The notes beneath the pieces were generated by a model. It was not told the origin of the DNA. It saw only the letters and a program-made list of their open reading frames with translations, and did not search any database. From Polyangiaceae bacterium (GTDB lineage: Bacteria > Myxococcota_A > Polyangia > Polyangiales > Polyangiaceae): a stretch of DNA of 64,000 nucleotides. A program made the translations under genes and the position numbers. Shown here one piece after another: positions 59,246 through 64,000 of this stretch; position 1 is the first letter of the stretch, and every line of letters begins with the position of its first letter. The stretch covers positions 1 to 64,000 of the forward strand of contig JANRKO010000089.1 of assembly GCA_033763455.1 (NCBI GenBank), in the 5' to 3' direction.

Positions 59246-60141
59246 GAGCCCCCACTTGCGGGCGAAACCAGGTGTTGCGTCTGTGCGACCGACGGGGTGT
59301 CGGGGACGGGGGCGTCCGGCTCTGAATCAGGCGGGGGATCACTTTCGGCAATCTCAGCCTCTTGCTCTGCGTCCAAGCGAAATTGCTGTGGGGGGGGCAG
59401 CCACTGCCAATATGGGCCCCCGCCTTCGCAACCCTCCACCATTTCTTCGGGAGTGCAAGCGATGCGTAGGTGCAAGTGATCGTCGTGAGGGGCGCTGTCG
59501 CCAGGTTGCAACATCACCGTTTCGGCACGCCAAATGAGCTCGGGGGGCTCGGCCCGTGCGCGTGCATATTCGATCAGAAGGGCTTCTACGGGTTCGCTCA
59601 CGAATAGGAATTGGACCCCGATGTGGGGCGAGGAGAGCAGCTCTTTTACCAAAAGCCACTGTCGCTCAACATCCAGCTCTAGGTATTTTCCCGTGGCATA
59701 GAGAGGCGCGAGGCCATCAGGGCCCAGGTGCACGAAGCCTGGGTTTTGCACGGGGGCGCCGCCGGGAACCTTCAAGAACCACAAGAGATCCACGTCGCGG
59801 CCGGAACGATGCGAGTTGTGCCGCGGAATGCGCCCGCCAAACTCTGCGCCGAGATCACCAATTACTAGAGGAGGCCCGGGGTGAGCTTGGACGATGTTTT
59901 TCGCTACCTCGCGGAGCGCCGTTACCAAGCGTGGGCGCGCCCAATGATTTTCGCCCTTGGGGCGCAAACGCACGAAGCCTTCGTCGCTTACCGGTAGCTC
60001 AACCGCCCCCGTTTGCACGCCGTGGTGCGGAAGGCCCACCGAGCCTCGAAGGCCCGGAGCCAACGGGGTGGGGCTGCCGAAACACGCGCTCGTCAAGGAC
60101 AAAGCAACCAACGGAAGCCAAGCAGTGTACCGCGTCTTCAT
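59242..60141 (-). CDS. mepA: Penicillin-insensitive murein endopeptidase (MepA family) lipoprotein
   Basis: SVG..HG, IGDL...GG, HNSHRSGRDVD and HDDHLHLRIAC motifs; lipobox TSAC. Confidence 0.82.
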   Translation of the reverse strand: MKTRYTAWLPLVALSLTSACFGSPTPLAPGLRGSVGLPHHGVQTGAVELPVSDEGFVRLRPKGENHWARPRLVTALREVAKNIVQAHPGPPLVIGDLGAEFGGRIPRHNSHRSGRDVDLLWFLKVPGGAPVQNPGFVHLGPDGLAPLYATGKYLELDVERQWLLVKELLSSPHIGVQFLFVSEPVEALLIEYARARAEPPELIWRAETVMLQPGDSAPHDDHLHLRIACTPEEMVEGCEGGGPYWQWLPPPQQFRLDAEQEAEIAESDPPPDSEPDAPVPDTPSVAQTQHLVSPASGGS

Positions 60142-62825
60142 GCGGAAGCCTCCGCTGGAAGGAACTGGGCAATCGAAGCTTCAACAGACGAGACCGCGGC
60201 TTCACTTTGGAACGTTTCGGTGAGCAGCCATTTGCCATCCACTTGAGTGATGTAACGATGCTCAGCAAACGCTGCGATAGCATTTTTGATGAGGGGGGTG
60301 CTGATGGCTTCTCGGCGTGAGAGCGTGCCCTCCTGGTAGAGGCGCTGCCCGGCCGAAAGAGCCAGCTTTTCGAGCTCTTTATCGGTGAGAGGCGCCGTGA
60401 GCAGTGATTTCAAGGTGTGCGCAGCCAGCAGATAACCTTCCAGGAAATTTTTGAGCACGGAGGCGTAGATATCCAACCATTGATCGCCCGTAAACCCACC
60501 GCGGCCGGGGCCACCCTTGAGCCGGGCCTGGCTTTGTTGAAGCGTACCGCGGGCGACCATCGCCTCCACCGTTTCGTCGAAGATGGCGTTAAAGGGTGCG
60601 TCGGCGCGAAACCTGAATTCGAACTTGAATAACCTAGAGAGCGCTTGCACCCGCTCGCGAACCACATCGATGGGAGCTTCGCGTTCTGGGCTGGCCAGGA
60701 TGGCTAGGCTTACTAGGCCGCGCTCCACGAAGAAATGAACGATGATGTTCTTGGAGGTATCGAGTACCAGGCGTTTGGCTTCAGTTGCCGTGTAGACGGT
60801 GTTGTGAGCGGCGGTTTTTCGCGAGGCTTTGGGCCTAAAAAACGCGCGGCGGGGCTCCTCGGGTGCGTGAATGTGCACGGATTCCGTCTCCGCGAACATC
60901 TGAATAGCTTCAAAAATGGCCCCTGGTCTGAGGGACCCGTCTGGAAGTTCGGTGGCGTTCGTCACCCGCGCGCCCTGTGCTTTGAGCTCGACAAGCAGCA
61001 CCGAACAGAGACTTACCAACTCAGCATGCGTGATGCCACGCTTTCCCTGACCAAGGAGTGCCAAGGCCGTGAGGGCGCCGGGGGTAACGGCTGTCACGCG
61101 GTTGATTTCGTCCATCACGCGGTTGCCGAGGCGGGTAACCAGTGCGCGGCGTTTGGCTGGCGTTAGCGCTGCTTCGGTCTGCAGGGCCAACTCCTCTCGG
61201 AGCTCTCCCAAGGGCATGAGCTGCCCGATCTGAAGATTGATACGGCCGTACCTATGGCGGAGAATATTCGAAGAACGCAGCAGCCCCGCGGCATCCTCTT
61301 TACGCTTCTCGCCGCCAGAAAGTTCGCGCTCAAAGCTATCCGCTTCGATGATGCGCTCGTAGCCAATGCTCACGGGGATGAAGCAGGTGTGTTGGTCTGG
61401 AACGCCGAGAGCGGCGTCCACAATCATATTGAGTAGGCCGAATTTGGGGGGCAAGAGCTTGCCCGTGCGGCTACGCCCGCCTTCGAGAAAGAGCTCAATG
61501 GGGTAGCCATCGCGAATTAATCGACGAACGTAGGCGTCCACCACCGCCGCATACAGCCTGTCGCCTCGAAAGGCACGGCGTATGAAGAAGCCTCCGGCTC
61601 GGCGCAGGATCGGGCCGGCAGGGAAGAAGTTCAGATTATCGCCCGCTGCCACAAATGGGACCGGGAGGTTCTCTTTGTTGAAGATGTAACTCAGGATGAG
61701 ATAATCCACGTGGCTCTTGTGGCTTGGCAGCAAAATAAGGGCTCCCTTTCGGGCCATTTGCCGCACCCGTTCGATATCACGCTTGTCGTATTCAATGCCT
61801 GCGTAGAGCCGATTAAAGACGCGATTGAGCATCACCTCCAGCGCCTGCATTGTCGATACGTCGGGCGTGGCCTGCAGTTGCTCCAACATTTGGAGCGCCT
61901 TTGCAGTAAGAGAGGCCCGCTCACTCGCTCGCTCGCCCGCGAGCTCCGCTATGGTGTGCCGTAGGCGCGGGCTTCGCACGATCTCGGTGCGTACGCGGTC
62001 AGGAGCCTTGGCGCGTGGCCCCACCACGGCTTGGCGCTCGCGTTCCAAGCGCCTGAGCACTGCATAGGTAACACGGCGCACATGCGCGGGATCGGAATAG
62101 TCCTGATTTTGAGCCAAATAGTCCTTGAGATCTAAGGGCTCACCCAAACCGAGCGTCACGTGACCGCGATTGACCAGGAGTTGCGCTGCGGTGCGCGTGG
62201 TGGAAGGCCATTGCCGCGATCCGAACAGCGCATTCCAAACGTTGACCCCCGCAGTATCAGGACCGCGAGCCCACACAAAGACTTGGGGCACTAGGTAAAT
62301 CGACCGCTCATCACGGCGTTGCACTTCGAGCAACGTGTGGAGTAAATCATCGCCCTCGGTGAGCCCACGTTCACCACTCGACCCCGCCGCAATATCGAGC
62401 ACACTCGGCGGGCGCTTCAAGAAGAGAGCGGCTGAGCCTTCATGTGCGAGCGCTTCAATGAGCTTCTGAGCAGGCTTCTGCCCTCGCCACGACGCGAAGG
62501 CCTCTGCCCAACCAGGTCGAATTGGATTAAGCATGCCGAGCCCGAGATCATTCACGAAGCGGATGCGCGGCAAGCCGTGCTGGCGAGTTAGATGGTCGAG
62601 CGCCAGAAAATCAACCAGATTGAGGCTGCGCAGCACGTAGACAACCCGGCCCTTCTCGGCGAGCGCACGCACCTGCTCGGCCCAGGTGTTGTCCACCTGA
62701 ATGTCGCGAAAAGCCGCTTCGTACAGGCGACGCAACCAGGGGTTGGGTTCATAGCTCGAGGCTTTCGGGCGTTGGGTCATCGTGTGGCGATCATGATGGC
62801 TAGCCGCTAGCGACTCAGTTATCAT
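60138..62825 (-). CDS. plsB: Glycerol-3-phosphate acyltransferase PlsB-like
   Basis: PSHKSHVDY (HxxxxD), AAGDNL, GGFFIRR and FLEGGRSRTGK motifs; start may be ATG 62780. Confidence 0.88.
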   Translation of the reverse strand: MITESLAASHHDRHTMTQRPKASSYEPNPWLRRLYEAAFRDIQVDNTWAEQVRALAEKGRVVYVLRSLNLVDFLALDHLTRQHGLPRIRFVNDLGLGMLNPIRPGWAEAFASWRGQKPAQKLIEALAHEGSAALFLKRPPSVLDIAAGSSGERGLTEGDDLLHTLLEVQRRDERSIYLVPQVFVWARGPDTAGVNVWNALFGSRQWPSTTRTAAQLLVNRGHVTLGLGEPLDLKDYLAQNQDYSDPAHVRRVTYAVLRRLERERQAVVGPRAKAPDRVRTEIVRSPRLRHTIAELAGERASERASLTAKALQMLEQLQATPDVSTMQALEVMLNRVFNRLYAGIEYDKRDIERVRQMARKGALILLPSHKSHVDYLILSYIFNKENLPVPFVAAGDNLNFFPAGPILRRAGGFFIRRAFRGDRLYAAVVDAYVRRLIRDGYPIELFLEGGRSRTGKLLPPKFGLLNMIVDAALGVPDQHTCFIPVSIGYERIIEADSFERELSGGEKRKEDAAGLLRSSNILRHRYGRINLQIGQLMPLGELREELALQTEAALTPAKRRALVTRLGNRVMDEINRVTAVTPGALTALALLGQGKRGITHAELVSLCSVLLVELKAQGARVTNATELPDGSLRPGAIFEAIQMFAETESVHIHAPEEPRRAFFRPKASRKTAAHNTVYTATEAKRLVLDTSKNIIVHFFVERGLVSLAILASPEREAPIDVVRERVQALSRLFKFEFRFRADAPFNAIFDETVEAMVARGTLQQSQARLKGGPGRGGFTGDQWLDIYASVLKNFLEGYLLAAHTLKSLLTAPLTDKELEKLALSAGQRLYQEGTLSRREAISTPLIKNAIAAFAEHRYITQVDGKWLLTETFQSEAAVSSVEASIAQFLPAEASA

Positions 62826-62934
62826 TCAACTCTCAACAGGCCAAGTCCAACTATCATCGCAGCGATGGCCGCTGGGGGGTGCTAATGAGAGCCGTACGGC
62901 GCGTGGGGCCTTGCTGCACCCTCGTGCCCTGTGT

Positions 62935-64000
62935 ATGCAAACCTCCTCGAAAATGCGATGGAATGCACTTGGGAGACTTGGCTCGGTGAGTGCTTGTTTG
63001 CTCTTGGCTCTGTCGTGTCGGGAGCGGGCCAAGCCGAAGCAGGACTTTCCAACTGAGCCCGTGGTTTCGGGGGAGATCGATCCCAATGACTTGGTTCCCA
63101 GAGAGGGAGCCGGAGGTGCAGCCGCAGCCCCAGTAGAAGGCGTGCCCCGCTGTCGTGTGGTTTCAGGTTCCGGCTTCTTGCTTGGCTCTAGGGGGAAGGA
63201 GGAGTTGGGTTCCGAGGAGCCGGTGGACGTGCCGTTCGCTGTGGACCTCGGCAACGCGCTCTTGGAAAGCGGCGGGTTTGTTGTGGGTGCGCTGGTGCCG
63301 CAAGGCAAAACGGTCGAAGCGCGCGCCGTGTGGTTGCCCTCGGATGCCAAGCGCGCTGTCGTGAGTTCTTTCGGTGTGGTGCAAGGCGGCGGGCCAGCGC
63401 CGGCGCTCACTTTAAATTCCGGCATGGTGCTGGCAGCCATCCTCGACAGCAATAGTTCGGGGAAAATATTGCAGTTAGCTAGCGTGGCTACTCCGAGCGC
63501 GGAGCCTGTAGTGCGCCTTGGCGCTGCGATCTCGGTGAGTCGTGACGATTCCGATGCGTTCTCACTGGCAACAGCCGGTGCCCAGAGCCTTTTAGTCTGG
63601 GATGATCTCGACAAGAAGCCCAAGCCCCACAGCGTGATCCGTGCGGTACTTCTGACACCGGCCAACCTCGACAAACCGGGAAAGCCTTTCCAAATTTCAC
63701 CTCCCTTTCTGGATGTAGAGGCTCCGCGTTTGCTATCTCGGGGAGATGGCTACTGGTTGGTTTGGTCCAAGAGTGAAGGCACGGCTAATGCGCACCCCAA
63801 AGCGGAGTTGACCCAAGCGGACGCGGGCGTGCCAGAAGAGGTGCCGTGGGTCGACACCGAGATGCGCACTTTACAGGCTGTGATGCTGAGTGCCGAGGGC
63901 AAGCCACAGGGCAAGCCAGTAGAGATCTTGCCTCCCGTGGCAAAGGCGTTAAGTTACGAGTGTAGTGTGGACGGGGCTGGGGGGATAGTTGTGGTGTTTC
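62935..64000 (+). CDS. Hypothetical lipoprotein, truncated by the window end
   Basis: Frame from ATG 62935 reads MQTSSKMRW...CLLLALSC (lipobox-like) and appears open to the window end; not in the ORF track because it has no stop. Confidence 0.7.
   Translation, partial: MQTSSKMRWNALGRLGSVSACLLLALSCRERAKPKQDFPTEPVVSGEIDPNDLVPREGAGGAAAAPVEGVPRCRVVSGSGFLLGSRGKEELGSEEPVDVPFAVDLGNALLESGGFVVGALVPQGKTVEARAVWLPSDAKRAVVSSFGVVQGGGPAPALTLNSGMVLAAILDSNSSGKILQLASVATPSAEPVVRLGAAISVSRDDSDAFSLATAGAQSLLVWDDLDKKPKPHSVIRAVLLTPANLDKPGKPFQISPPFLDVEAPRLLSRGDGYWLVWSKSEGTANAHPKAELTQADAGVPEEVPWVDTEMRTLQAVMLSAEGKPQGKPVEILPPVAKALSYECSVDGAGGIVVVF

Overview
GC-rich (about 60% by eye) bacterial chromosome segment. The gene content (Tgl-like TPR lipoprotein, MglA-family GTPase, DUF1592/DUF1552 pair, FecR-TPR anti-sigma, Gly/Cys-rich lipoproteins) points to Myxococcota, probably Polyangiaceae-like (inference). 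About 0-34 kb and 58-64 kb are mostly core genes: murJ, recO, tgl-like, Crp, tsaB, PP2C, tRNA-Pro(GGG), ECF/FecR, hflX, thrB, argH, MglA-like GTPase plus histidine kinase, thiL, class II nrdJ with tandem NrdR-like boxes, an M16 peptidase pair, a speE/DUF350 locus, acetoacetate-CoA ligase, an orphan DNA methyltransferase, mepA and plsB. About 35-58 kb is an accessory, carbohydrate-oriented region (DUF1592/1552, XylR, ThuA, Gfo/Idh/MocA oxidoreductases, Sip1-type GH36, LacI-uronate isomerase cluster) containing a deletion scar. No transposase, integrase, cas gene or true CRISPR array was seen. The most striking unexplained signal is a 22-bp palindrome, consensus GAWWCTT-NNCATGNN-AAGWWTC, found five times. 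All copies are intergenic and most lie downstream of genes or between convergent genes, suggesting an uncharacterised dispersed DNA site or REP-like element rather than an ordinary operator. All product calls come from motif recognition by eye; no database search was run.
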